From Candidatus Heimdallarchaeota archaeon (GTDB lineage Archaea; Asgardarchaeota; Heimdallarchaeia; JABLTI01): a stretch of 64,000 bases of DNA. Below the pieces are notes generated by a model. The model saw nothing but the letters and a program-made list of their open reading frames with translations, made no database searches and was not told where the DNA came from. Position 1 is the first letter of the stretch. Every line of letters starts with the position of its first letter. A program made the translations under genes and the position numbers. The stretch spans positions 1 to 64,000 of the forward strand of contig JABCTZ010000025.1 of NCBI GenBank assembly GCA_018238155.1, read 5' to 3'. This document shows, piece by piece, positions 49,852 through 59,532 of this stretch.

Positions 49852-50907
49852 TTGATTGCTGCAGAAATTGAAACCTTTAAGGGTTTTATGGAAATTGAAC
49901 AAAGATCTCCGCATACTATAAGGCAATATATTGATATTCTTAGTTGGTTTGAAAAATTCCTAATTGAATCAAATATTGAATTCTGTCAATTAACAGAAAA
50001 TGATATAGTAAAGTTCCAACTATGGCTCAAGAAAAAGAAAGCAACAAAAGAATTCGTTAAACTTTACAAAAGAAAACCATCAGAACAGGAAGTACTACAA
50101 TTCTCTCGAGAGACCACCCTTCATGGAAAGAGTGTTTATAAGTATCTTTCAGCGATTAGAAAATTCTTAGAGGTAAATGAACAACAATTAAACTGGACTA
50201 AAATACCTACACCAAAATTTGATGATAATTTTAATCCTGATGTTCTAACTACAGATGAAATAACAAAAATAGTCGATACCGCAACAAAATACTGTACGTT
50301 TCAGCATTCAACTGTTACAGAAGAAAATTGTCTAAAATGTAAGAAATATCGACAACCAAAAAGCGAAAAAGCTGCTTTACAGAGAAAATACCCTAATGTT
50401 TGTTTTTATTTTGAAGGATTAAAATTCAATGCAATGTTCCGTATAGCATATGAAGCAGCTTTACGTACGGATGAGCTCTGTAACCTCAAAATAAAACATC
50501 TAGATCTTAACAAAAAAGAAGTTTTTATTGAAAAGCCTTTGAAGCATTCTCAACCTCAAGCAATTCCTCTTTCAAAGAGCTTAGTGAGAATTTTAGAACA
50601 ATATCTCGCTAAAAGAAAAGGTGCAACAGAGGGTGAAGAGTTTTTATTCCCAACAAAAATGGGTAAAAAATATCATCCGAATAATTTTGCTACACATATC
50701 TTTCGACCAATAGCCCGATTTGCCGGTTTTGATATTAGATACTATACTTTGAGGCATAGCAGAGCAACAAATCTATTAAAACAAGGTTTGGAAATTGGTT
50801 GGGTGCGAAGAATTACACGGCACAAAAACATCAACAATGTATTGAAATATATTCATTTATCTTCAGATGACATTCGTGAAGAAATGGAAAAAAGAAAGAT
50901 TCTTTGA
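49852..50907 (+). CDS. Xer-family tyrosine recombinase with Cys-rich insertion
   Basis: SPHTIRQY N-domain; ALRTDE, K, YTLRHS, RH, catalytic Tyr in LKYIH. Confidence 0.9.
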   Translation: MIAAEIETFKGFMEIEQRSPHTIRQYIDILSWFEKFLIESNIEFCQLTENDIVKFQLWLKKKKATKEFVKLYKRKPSEQEVLQFSRETTLHGKSVYKYLSAIRKFLEVNEQQLNWTKIPTPKFDDNFNPDVLTTDEITKIVDTATKYCTFQHSTVTEENCLKCKKYRQPKSEKAALQRKYPNVCFYFEGLKFNAMFRIAYEAALRTDELCNLKIKHLDLNKKEVFIEKPLKHSQPQAIPLSKSLVRILEQYLAKRKGATEGEEFLFPTKMGKKYHPNNFATHIFRPIARFAGFDIRYYTLRHSRATNLLKQGLEIGWVRRITRHKNINNVLKYIHLSSDDIREEMEKRKIL

Positions 50908-50953
50908 TTTCATAAGCTGATTGTTGTAATTGAATCAACTTCATCAATGAATG

Positions 50954-51331
50954 CTACTCTTTTATGACAATTGTTTCCCATGCTATGGCTAATTTCTGTA
51001 ATGCATTCGAGAAAAAAACTGATGGGCAGTAAACATTATCCTTTTCATCAAATAGAACCATACCTCTAGTAACAAGTTTATTTAGTATCCGATAATAACT
51101 TGCCTTTGATATATATTCTCGATTTCTCATATATAGATCATACATTTTATCTTTAGTAATTGTTTGATTTCCTGATGTTAGTGTTTTTAGAATCATAATT
51201 GTTAAGCCATATTCTGGTGAATTTCTATCACCAGTAGAAATCAAAGCAGTTATTTCTTCTAATTCCATATTCGATGTAAGTTCTTCATAATTAAATACAA
51301 TTTTACCTTTCTTGCTCATAAGAAACACCAA
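50954..51331 (-). CDS. Winged-helix DNA-binding protein (likely start ATG 51319)
   Basis: ISKASYYRILNKLVTRGMVLFDEKDNVY. Confidence 0.75.
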   Translation of the reverse strand: MVFLMSKKGKIVFNYEELTSNMELEEITALISTGDRNSPEYGLTIMILKTLTSGNQTITKDKMYDLYMRNREYISKASYYRILNKLVTRGMVLFDEKDNVYCPSVFFSNALQKLAIAWETIVIKE

Positions 51332-51334
51332 CTC

Positions 51335-51354
51335 AGTCTTATAAAAATAAGACT
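51335..51354. promoter_or_regulatory. Palindrome AGTCTTAT-aaaa-ATAAGACT directly upstream of the wHTH gene
   Basis: Perfect 8-bp arms overlapping TATA-like sequence. Confidence 0.6.
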
Positions 51355-51407
51355 TTAAATTTTTTCCTAAAAAACAGGTTTGTCTTTGAAATATTGGATA
51401 AAGAAAT

Positions 51408-54400
51408 CTATTTTTGATTTTTAGTATTTAACTTAAAGGAAATTGTTGCACCCTTATTGACTTTTCCATCTCCCCAAACTTGACCATTATGTCGACTGAT
51501 AATTCTTTGAACAATAGCCAAACCGACACCAGTACCAGTAAACTCATCAAATTGGTGAAGTCTCTGAAATAATGTAAAAAGTTTATCAGAATAAGACATT
51601 TCAAATCCTGCGCCATTATCTTGAATATAGTAAATTGTTTCTTTATCAATTATCTTTGAACCAAATTTAATTTTAGCATTGGCTTTTTTTGACGTGAATT
51701 TCCAAGCATTTCCTAGAAGATTTTCTAATACAGTTCGCATTAAAACGGGATCACAAAATGCAGTAATATTTCTCTCAATTTTTACTGTGACTTTTCTATT
51801 TGGATTTTGATTTTTGTGGCTTTCAATAATACTCTCTGCAATTTCACTCAAGTTTATCTCCTTAAAAGAAATAGCTACATTGGTTATTCTTGATAAAGCT
51901 AAAATATCATCAATTAAATTGCCCATTTTAATACTGGCCTTTCGAATTCTATGAAGGTAATTTTTCCCTTCATCATCTAAATTCTCTGCAAAATCCTCTA
52001 ATAATGCTTGACTAAAACCATTTATACTCCGTAAAGGTGATCGTAAATCATGAGAAATGGAATATGAAAAAGCTTCCAATTCTTTATTCATACGTTCAAG
52101 TTGTTCAGTTCGTTCAGCTACACGATGTTCAAGTTCTTCATTCAATTTCTTAAGTTCATCTTGAGCAAGCTTTCTCTCTGTAATATCATTACATGCCATG
52201 AAAACTGTTCTTGAATTATCATCCAAGAATTCCATAAATAAACTATATCTGATATACTTCCTTTCACCATTTTTTTGAATAATCCAATATTCGAAATTTG
52301 AATTACTGATCTGATTTGTAATTATATTTTGCAATTCTTCTCTAAATTCTTTAATGCTCACAGGATCAACAAAATCAAAAGGACCACTTTTATAGAACTC
52401 TTCTAAAGGCAAACCATAGATCTGAGCAATTTGTTCATTAGCATAGATCATCTGATTATTCTCAATAATAGTGATGCCATCTAATATTGTATCAACAGTC
52501 CTCTTAAACCTCTGTTGACTAGATTCTAATTGTTCTAAAACTCTGATATGTTCAATTGCAGAAGCAAAAATATCAATTATTGACTCAAAAGATTTAATAT
52601 CATATTCATTTAGTCTAGTTTCCTTTTTGGAACCAATTTGAATTGTACCTAGAAGCTCATTTTTAGAATTTAAAATAGGATAGAAAATATAAACAATATA
52701 CTTGTGATTTTTTATCAATTTGTTTTCCTTGATGATTGGGTCATTTTGTGCATCCAAAGAAAATAATTTTACTTTTTCACGAATAAATCTCGCTACAGGA
52801 AAATTTGACTCTTTTATATTTATAGGCAATAACAAATAATACTCGGAATCAGGTATCCCATATATCGAAAGTGCTTCCAATAATCCTGTATTCTCATCAC
52901 AACATCTTATTGTCCCCGCTTGAAGGTCAAAGATTTTAATTATCCCTTCTAACACTTGTTGACTCATCTCTTTAACATTGACATTGTTTGCAGTTGCTTC
53001 AGATATTATTGTTAATAATTTTCTTTCACGTTCTAGTGCAAATTGAACTTGTTTTTCCTTCGTGATTTCAATCATCATGGCACCGAAGAGAAAATCATTC
53101 TCTATCTGAATTGGAGTGAGATTTATTTGTGCCCATTTGTTGTTTCCAGTCTTTGTTTCTACTTCAAATTCATAAACAATTTCTCCTTGTGTAGAAGAAA
53201 TGTTAGTAAAATTTATTGCTTCCAGAAAGTCAGAAAATTGATTTGGATGAATTTTCTTGAAAAATTCACTTATTGATAAATTTAAAATCTCATCTAATGA
53301 ATATTCAGAAATTTCCTCTGCTCTTTTATTTGCAAAAAGAATTTTACCTGTAGAATTAAAGAGAAATACTCCAGCAAGTGATTGTTCTGCAAAAGCTCTG
53401 AATTTCTGCTCAGTTTCTTTTCGGGCTTCATCAATATGAAATTTTTCTATAATATTAGCTATTGTTCTAGCAATTGTTTCAAATACAGTTTGGTATTCAT
53501 CTGACATTTCTAATTCTTTCATTGAACCAAATTGGAATATGCCTAACAAATCACCATTTGCTTTTAACATAGGCCAAGTAATAATAGCTTTCACATTAAA
53601 TTTGTGTATCATTGTCATACTTTTACTATCTAGCTTTAATTGTTTGACATCCGGAGCAAAAATAGCTTTTTTTGTACGAGCTACATAGGTATTCGTGTAA
53701 ACAGGATTGTCAATTGATATTGGATTTAATTCATAATTAAGAAAATTCTCCGCTTTTATATTTCTAATTGGTATCAACATTCTAGTTTCTTCATCATATA
53801 ATCTTATAATTCCATAATTAAAACCAAGTGCTTCAGATATATCATTAGCAATTAAAACACACAATTCCGATACAGTAGTTGCAACTGTTGTAGCTTTAGT
53901 AATAATCCGAAAAGCTTTACGTTCATTGTTTAGTGAATCTTGAGCTATTTTCCGTTTCGTTATATCTAAAACTATTCCATGATAATTGACAATATTCCTT
54001 TGATTGTCTCTTTTTATGGAAGTAAAATCAAGTGTCCAGCGAACTTTGCCTGATTTTGTTAATATTCTATATTCTTGTGTGTAGTTGAGACATTTTGAAT
54101 CTTGACTATATTTCTCTACTTCATCATCTACTCTTTTAATATCATCAGGATGGATAATATCACAATAAGAAATATCTCCAGAGTAGAAATCTTCAGGAGA
54201 GTAACCAAAAATTTCGATGTTATCAGAAACATATTCAACTGGTGAACCAATTTCATTTTTCCAAAGAAAGACAATTGCAGGACTTAGATTAATAATTTTA
54301 TTGAGTTCTTTTTGTTCTTGAGATGTTTTTTCAAGCAATAGTTCTATATTATATCTTTCTAAAATTGTTCGGAGCATCAATATTATTGATTCGATGAAAG

Positions 54401-55319
54401 TCCTATCATTTTCACTAAATTCTTTGGTTCTTTCTGAAGATAATTGTAGTATTCCGAACAACTTCATGTTTTTATCAAAAATAGGATATGAAATTAGTGA
54501 ACGAATATTGTATGATTCAAATTTTGACCAAAATTGTTTAAGCGTTTGTATTGTAAAAATATCTTCAGCAAATATAGGTTCTTTATGTTTAACAACATAA
54601 TTTACAAAGTTGTCAGGTTCTTCTGTAGAAATTGAGAATTTATCACCCTCTTTTGTAACAAGAGAACCAGCTGTAGCAATTCTATCAAATGTTTTTTCTT
54701 CTTCATTATGGAGTATTAAAGACCCAAAATCAAAATGTAACTTTTCCAATAAATTTTTTAGTACCTCTGCAGTATATTCAGCTATATCTTGCTTTGGAAT
54801 TGCTGTTACTGCTAGATTTTGCAAAATTTCTCTTTCGAGTTCAAGTTCTTTTTCTGCAAGTTTCCTTTGTGTTACATCTCTAATAGAGCTTTGGATAATC
54901 TTCTTGGTAGTTGTAGGATCATCAAAAATTGACAAATTAATTTCTGTGTGAATCAATTCACCGGATTTTTTTTGAAAAATGTTTTCATAAATTGGCAGTT
55001 TTTTTCCTGACTTTAGCTCAGAAAATTTGCTAGTTATATCATTATTCTCTGATTTAGCAAATAATTCTCTTACTTTTTTCGAGTACAATTCTTCTAAACT
55101 ATAACCTAAAAGTTCTGTTGCCTTCTTATTAATTAAAATAAACCGTTCACTCTCAGCATCGATCCAAAAAATTGCATCATTAGTCATTTCAAAGAGAGCT
55201 TCAAACCGAATTTTTATTGTTTTTGTTTCATTAGATTCATCATCTGAAATAACAATTTGTGCCCCAAAATGAGTTTTTGTTTTATTCTCTTCTTTTTTGT
55301 TTAATTTCTTATCAGGCAC
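51408..55319 (-). CDS. Multi-PAS/GAF sensor histidine kinase (Cph1-type transmitter)
   Basis: Alternating PAS and GAF domains; FSYSISHDLRSPL, NLLGNAWKF, DNGAGF, FQRLH, GTGVGL. Confidence 0.93.
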   Translation of the reverse strand: MPDKKLNKKEENKTKTHFGAQIVISDDESNETKTIKIRFEALFEMTNDAIFWIDAESERFILINKKATELLGYSLEELYSKKVRELFAKSENNDITSKFSELKSGKKLPIYENIFQKKSGELIHTEINLSIFDDPTTTKKIIQSSIRDVTQRKLAEKELELEREILQNLAVTAIPKQDIAEYTAEVLKNLLEKLHFDFGSLILHNEEEKTFDRIATAGSLVTKEGDKFSISTEEPDNFVNYVVKHKEPIFAEDIFTIQTLKQFWSKFESYNIRSLISYPIFDKNMKLFGILQLSSERTKEFSENDRTFIESIILMLRTILERYNIELLLEKTSQEQKELNKIINLSPAIVFLWKNEIGSPVEYVSDNIEIFGYSPEDFYSGDISYCDIIHPDDIKRVDDEVEKYSQDSKCLNYTQEYRILTKSGKVRWTLDFTSIKRDNQRNIVNYHGIVLDITKRKIAQDSLNNERKAFRIITKATTVATTVSELCVLIANDISEALGFNYGIIRLYDEETRMLIPIRNIKAENFLNYELNPISIDNPVYTNTYVARTKKAIFAPDVKQLKLDSKSMTMIHKFNVKAIITWPMLKANGDLLGIFQFGSMKELEMSDEYQTVFETIARTIANIIEKFHIDEARKETEQKFRAFAEQSLAGVFLFNSTGKILFANKRAEEISEYSLDEILNLSISEFFKKIHPNQFSDFLEAINFTNISSTQGEIVYEFEVETKTGNNKWAQINLTPIQIENDFLFGAMMIEITKEKQVQFALERERKLLTIISEATANNVNVKEMSQQVLEGIIKIFDLQAGTIRCCDENTGLLEALSIYGIPDSEYYLLLPINIKESNFPVARFIREKVKLFSLDAQNDPIIKENKLIKNHKYIVYIFYPILNSKNELLGTIQIGSKKETRLNEYDIKSFESIIDIFASAIEHIRVLEQLESSQQRFKRTVDTILDGITIIENNQMIYANEQIAQIYGLPLEEFYKSGPFDFVDPVSIKEFREELQNIITNQISNSNFEYWIIQKNGERKYIRYSLFMEFLDDNSRTVFMACNDITERKLAQDELKKLNEELEHRVAERTEQLERMNKELEAFSYSISHDLRSPLRSINGFSQALLEDFAENLDDEGKNYLHRIRKASIKMGNLIDDILALSRITNVAISFKEINLSEIAESIIESHKNQNPNRKVTVKIERNITAFCDPVLMRTVLENLLGNAWKFTSKKANAKIKFGSKIIDKETIYYIQDNGAGFEMSYSDKLFTLFQRLHQFDEFTGTGVGLAIVQRIISRHNGQVWGDGKVNKGATISFKLNTKNQK

Positions 55320-55565
55320 TCTTTATACTTCCATTACGATATTATTTCATTTATACTAATTAGATATATAATAATGTTGGATTAAATACTGAGAATCATT
55401 TATACAAACGCATAGCTTCCTATTAAAGATTATTAAGTCAAAAATTGAGATTTTATTGCGAAAAAGGATTTATCTAATTCCACACCAAGGTTACTCTTCT
55501 GAAAATTGATACTCATTGCTATCTATTTTTTCTTTGTTAAACAAATTGGAAAAAAAATTCTCCAA

Positions 55566-56105
55566 CTAGTTCTCTTCTTCACATGTTGAATACAAGAGTA
55601 ACCTGGATTCACCATCTGTTTTGTTTAAAACTAAACCATGAAACATGAAAGTATTTGATACTATTCTAGTTTCAGGACTAACTTCTTGTAATAATTTATC
55701 TTCTAATTTATTATTCGTGCTTTGTAAAAGATAACAAAATATAACATCAGCATCACTCAAATCTTGTTTGAAGAAGTCACCATAAATTATTCGTATCTTC
55801 TTTCGCAAACCTAAGATTGTTATAAGAAATTGGCACCATAAGAAACGCATTAAATCAATTTCAATACCAACAGACCGAGCACCAAATTTACGAGTAGCTA
55901 TAATTAATACTCGTCCATCACCACACCCTAAATCGTAGACCAATTCACCTGGTTGTACATTTGCTATTTCAAGCATTTGTTGAATTTTTTTCCTTTTAGT
56001 TGGTAACCAAGGTGCACCCTTAATAGTTGGAAAAGAAACAGTGAAAACAATCATGAAACCAGTAATAATGATACCCAATAGTATTAATGGTGTAATATCA
56101 GTCAT
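55566..56105 (-). CDS. TM-anchored class I methyltransferase (FAM173/archaeal lysine methyltransferase-like)
   Basis: N-terminal TM, PWLPT, YDLGCGDGR, GIEID, RIVSNTF. Confidence 0.8.
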   Translation of the reverse strand: MTDITPLILLGIIITGFMIVFTVSFPTIKGAPWLPTKRKKIQQMLEIANVQPGELVYDLGCGDGRVLIIATRKFGARSVGIEIDLMRFLWCQFLITILGLRKKIRIIYGDFFKQDLSDADVIFCYLLQSTNNKLEDKLLQEVSPETRIVSNTFMFHGLVLNKTDGESRLLLYSTCEEEN

Positions 56106-56384
56106 TTAAGTTCACGAAATTCTATTGTATATTTGCAATTCTTTAGCTGAAATATAAGATTTAGCAAAGGAAAATTCTTAATTATCCTTTTACATTTTTG
56201 GATACAAATCAAAATTCTTTTCCTCTATCAATATAGAAATAATTTCAATCTTATATCACAATTTTAATTCAAAATAAACACTTTCTTGTTTCAATAAAAA
56301 TTGTAGAATACTTTAAAATCTTAATTAATTTTTAGTTCTATAATGGCAAAGTCTTAGTAAATAAACAAAATGAGGTAGTCAATT

Positions 56385-57473
56385 ATGTCTTTAGATGATG
56401 ATTATTTAATTGAGCGATTTACTCTAAAAGATTCAGATATTGGTACACTTGCGAAATTATTAACAGGTGCATTTCAAGAAGATGAAGTGGCAAAAAAAGA
56501 GGGGGCTGTTGCAGATCTCCAAGATGAAAATTTCAAACTAATCTTTGGTGCTCCATCAGTAGATAAAGAAATTTTTATTCGAGCAATATATAAACCTACT
56601 AACGAAATAGTTGGATTCCTTGGATCAATTCATAAGAGCTTATCAATTGATGGTAAAATCTACAAAGTTTCCTTACCAGCTTGGTTATCTGTTCATCACG
56701 AACATAGAAGAAAAGGTTTAGCAACTTTTTTGGGGACCAAATTAGTGGAAGTAATTAGAGAAAAAGGATATGATGCAAGTGTCTTCTTTCACGATGCAAG
56801 TCAACATGGTAAAGTAGCATCAGCTGCAGTTGCTCGTAACGCAGGAATTCCAATGATAGAATTAGCAATGATGAATAAATTCATTGTAAGAGGTTATGAT
56901 GTCGATGAAGCTGCAAAAGCACTTAAAACAAACTGGATACAAAAACTCTTTTTTAAATCAAAAGAACGAATTGGTAAAGTAAAGAGCAATAAAGTTCGAC
57001 TTTACAAACCAGAAGACATTGATAAAATCTTTGAGCTCTCAACAGAACTTTCTAAGAAAAATCAAATAAGTATAATACAAGTACATGAAGATTTGAAATG
57101 GAAATTAGCTGATCCTCAAGTATTGTGTGTAGTTTATGAAGATGAAAATGGAGAAGCTAAAGGATTTATTAATGCCTGGGAGTTTCTCTTGTCAGGTTTT
57201 GGCAATAATGTCAAGTTTGGATGGTTAGATACTATCCACACATACAATCTAACAAATCAAGAAGTTAAAGATCTAGCCAATTTTCTTGGACTTGAAGCAA
57301 CTAAACGTGGTTGGAAAGGATTACAAACACCGTATATACCCTATTTTAATTCTAAACCATTTAGACAAGTCAACTTCATCTTCTTCCCAAAGAAAGTTGG
57401 TTTATATCTAGCAAATATCAATAATATTCCAATTCCAGAGAAAATTGAATCAGTGTATTTTGAATGGAGATGA
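56385..57473 (+). CDS. Tandem GNAT acyltransferase, N-myristoyltransferase-like
   Basis: IVGFLGSI...[14 protein letters not shown] in lobe 1; VRLYKPEDI...ENGEAKGFI in lobe 2. Confidence 0.75.
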   Translation: [362 protein letters not shown]

Positions 57474-57580
57474 AAAAAATGATTGTAAAAAAGGGAGAGT
57501 AATTCTCTCTTCTTTATCAAAGAATTCTGTTGAATAATTTGTTAATTATAGCAAGCTGTTCAATAATTACTTAATCAAAA

Positions 57581-58729
57581 TCAAGAATATTTCTTTGTTT
57601 TTAGAGTGACAGTGAAGATTGTTCCGGTCGTTTTTGATGATTCAAAAGTCACTTTTCCATTTAGATATTCTTCAACAAGAATTTTAACACTGTATGTGCC
57701 TAATCCGCGACCAACACCCTTAGTTGAAAAAGACCGTTGGAATATTTGACTTTTAATTTCCTCATTCATAACAAAATTATTCTTCACCCAGTATGCTATG
57801 CCATCTTTTGTTTCTTTACAACCTATATGAACTATTTCATTTTCTTTACTTGCTTCTAAAGCATTTGTTAGTAAATTGAACAATACTCGTCGCATTAACC
57901 TTGGATCAGTTGTTATTTCTTTCTTTACACATGTTTCATCATGAATAATTTGTTTATTTTGTGAAATATCTAATGGAAGAATAGAATTTATTGTTGAATT
58001 TATTAGCTCAATCGTTTGAGTCTTAACAAATTTGATTTCTAATTCATTGCGTTCCATTCTTAATAGATCTCTTTGAACAGCTACTTCCTCAATAATAATT
58101 GCTATTTGATTTTTTAGTTTTTGAAAAAGTCTTTTTTGTTCGTTATTTAATCCTTCTTGTGGAAAAAGATCAGCTCTAGACTCAAGAGACCAAGTTGAAT
58201 TTATTAAATCATGAATAAAAATTCTTTCCAACTGCTCTTGTTTTTTCAGAGTTCCAATATCAGTCATAACAACCAGAGTAAATTTCTGACCCTCATAATC
58301 GAAAGGACTTGCTTTTACGTTTAAATTTAAGGCGGTAATTTTGCCATTTACAGAAGAAGTAATTCTAGATTCACTTTCTACTGTAGTATTGGTATTTTGA
58401 CTTGTATATACAGCATATAATGCATCACAATATTTACAATTTCGTCCAGTACCACAACCATTTTTTGTATCATTAGCATGGATACAATGAATCAATTCCC
58501 CTGGTCTTTGCCCTATTGCTTCTTGAAAATCATTTAAACCTACTTTATCAACAAAAATATCGTTTGCATAAATTACTTGTCGATGTTCATTAACAACAGC
58601 AACCATATTTGATAGTGAATTTAGAATTTTGGCAGCGTACGCTAAATTAATAATTTTATTAGATTGTCGTGTAACATCTTCTTTACTTAACCTTTCTGGG
58701 GATGCAAAGAATGTTTCTTTGGGGGACAT
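57581..58729 (-). CDS. Sensor histidine kinase with Cys-containing PAS-like domain
   Basis: RPGELIHC...GCGTGRNCKYC; HDLIN; NLLTNALEA; FSTKGVGRGLG. Confidence 0.88.
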   Translation of the reverse strand: MSPKETFFASPERLSKEDVTRQSNKIINLAYAAKILNSLSNMVAVVNEHRQVIYANDIFVDKVGLNDFQEAIGQRPGELIHCIHANDTKNGCGTGRNCKYCDALYAVYTSQNTNTTVESESRITSSVNGKITALNLNVKASPFDYEGQKFTLVVMTDIGTLKKQEQLERIFIHDLINSTWSLESRADLFPQEGLNNEQKRLFQKLKNQIAIIIEEVAVQRDLLRMERNELEIKFVKTQTIELINSTINSILPLDISQNKQIIHDETCVKKEITTDPRLMRRVLFNLLTNALEASKENEIVHIGCKETKDGIAYWVKNNFVMNEEIKSQIFQRSFSTKGVGRGLGTYSVKILVEEYLNGKVTFESSKTTGTIFTVTLKTKKYS

Positions 58730-58853
58730 TAAATTACTCCTTGTTCAGTGCAAACCCACAATGATTTCCTTTACGAATCTCAATCATTTAATAATATATG
58801 AATGTATAAACTTACTTGTTTTTACAAAAGAAAGTATAATCAATAGATTAATT

Positions 58854-59504
58854 TTATAAAGTAGAATATTTTTCATTAAAAATTTTGAGGAAAGGTATTT
58901 GATTTTCTTTAAGAATTGTTTTAACTTCACCAATTTTCAATGCTCCAATGTAGATTTTAGCCATTTTTTCAATTATTATAGCAATTTTGATACAATAGTC
59001 ATAGGACGAACCTACAACAACAACTCCATGATTAGCAATAATAACGCTATTTTGTTTTTTCATTGTGCGGAGTATTTCATTAGATAAATCCTCACTACCA
59101 GCTAGACAATAATTTGTACAACCAACACTACCGCCCAAAAAAATAACCATTTCTTCTATAATAACAGGTAAATCATAGTGAAGAATTCCAAGTGTTGAAG
59201 CAAATTGAGAATGTGTGTGAATTATACACTTAACTATTGGTCTCTGTAGGTAAATTGATCTATGCATGCGAAATTCACTGGAAGGTCTAGATTGGTTTTT
59301 AAAAACAGTATCATCTAATCCCATATGTACCATATTATTGGTTTTAAGATCAGTATAATCATTACCTGCAGGAGTAATAATCATTTCATTCTTTTCAGGC
59401 ACTCTTATAGAAATATTTCCTTCTCCTAATATTACTAAATTTTGTTTGTATATTTCTTTACAAATTTTTACTAATTCTTGTTTCAATTTATGAATTTCAG
59501 TCAT
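58854..59504 (-). CDS. Class II aldolase/adducin family protein (FucA/MtnB-like)
   Basis: GNISIR, ITPAG, PSSEFRMH, HTHS, NHGVV. Start reset to ATG 59504 (MTEIHK) to avoid overlap with the upstream gene. Confidence 0.88.
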   Translation of the reverse strand: MTEIHKLKQELVKICKEIYKQNLVILGEGNISIRVPEKNEMIITPAGNDYTDLKTNNMVHMGLDDTVFKNQSRPSSEFRMHRSIYLQRPIVKCIIHTHSQFASTLGILHYDLPVIIEEMVIFLGGSVGCTNYCLAGSEDLSNEILRTMKKQNSVIIANHGVVVVGSSYDYCIKIAIIIEKMAKIYIGALKIGEVKTILKENQIPFLKIFNEKYSTL

Positions 59505-59532
59505 ACAAATACAACCAAATAAGTACTTTAGG

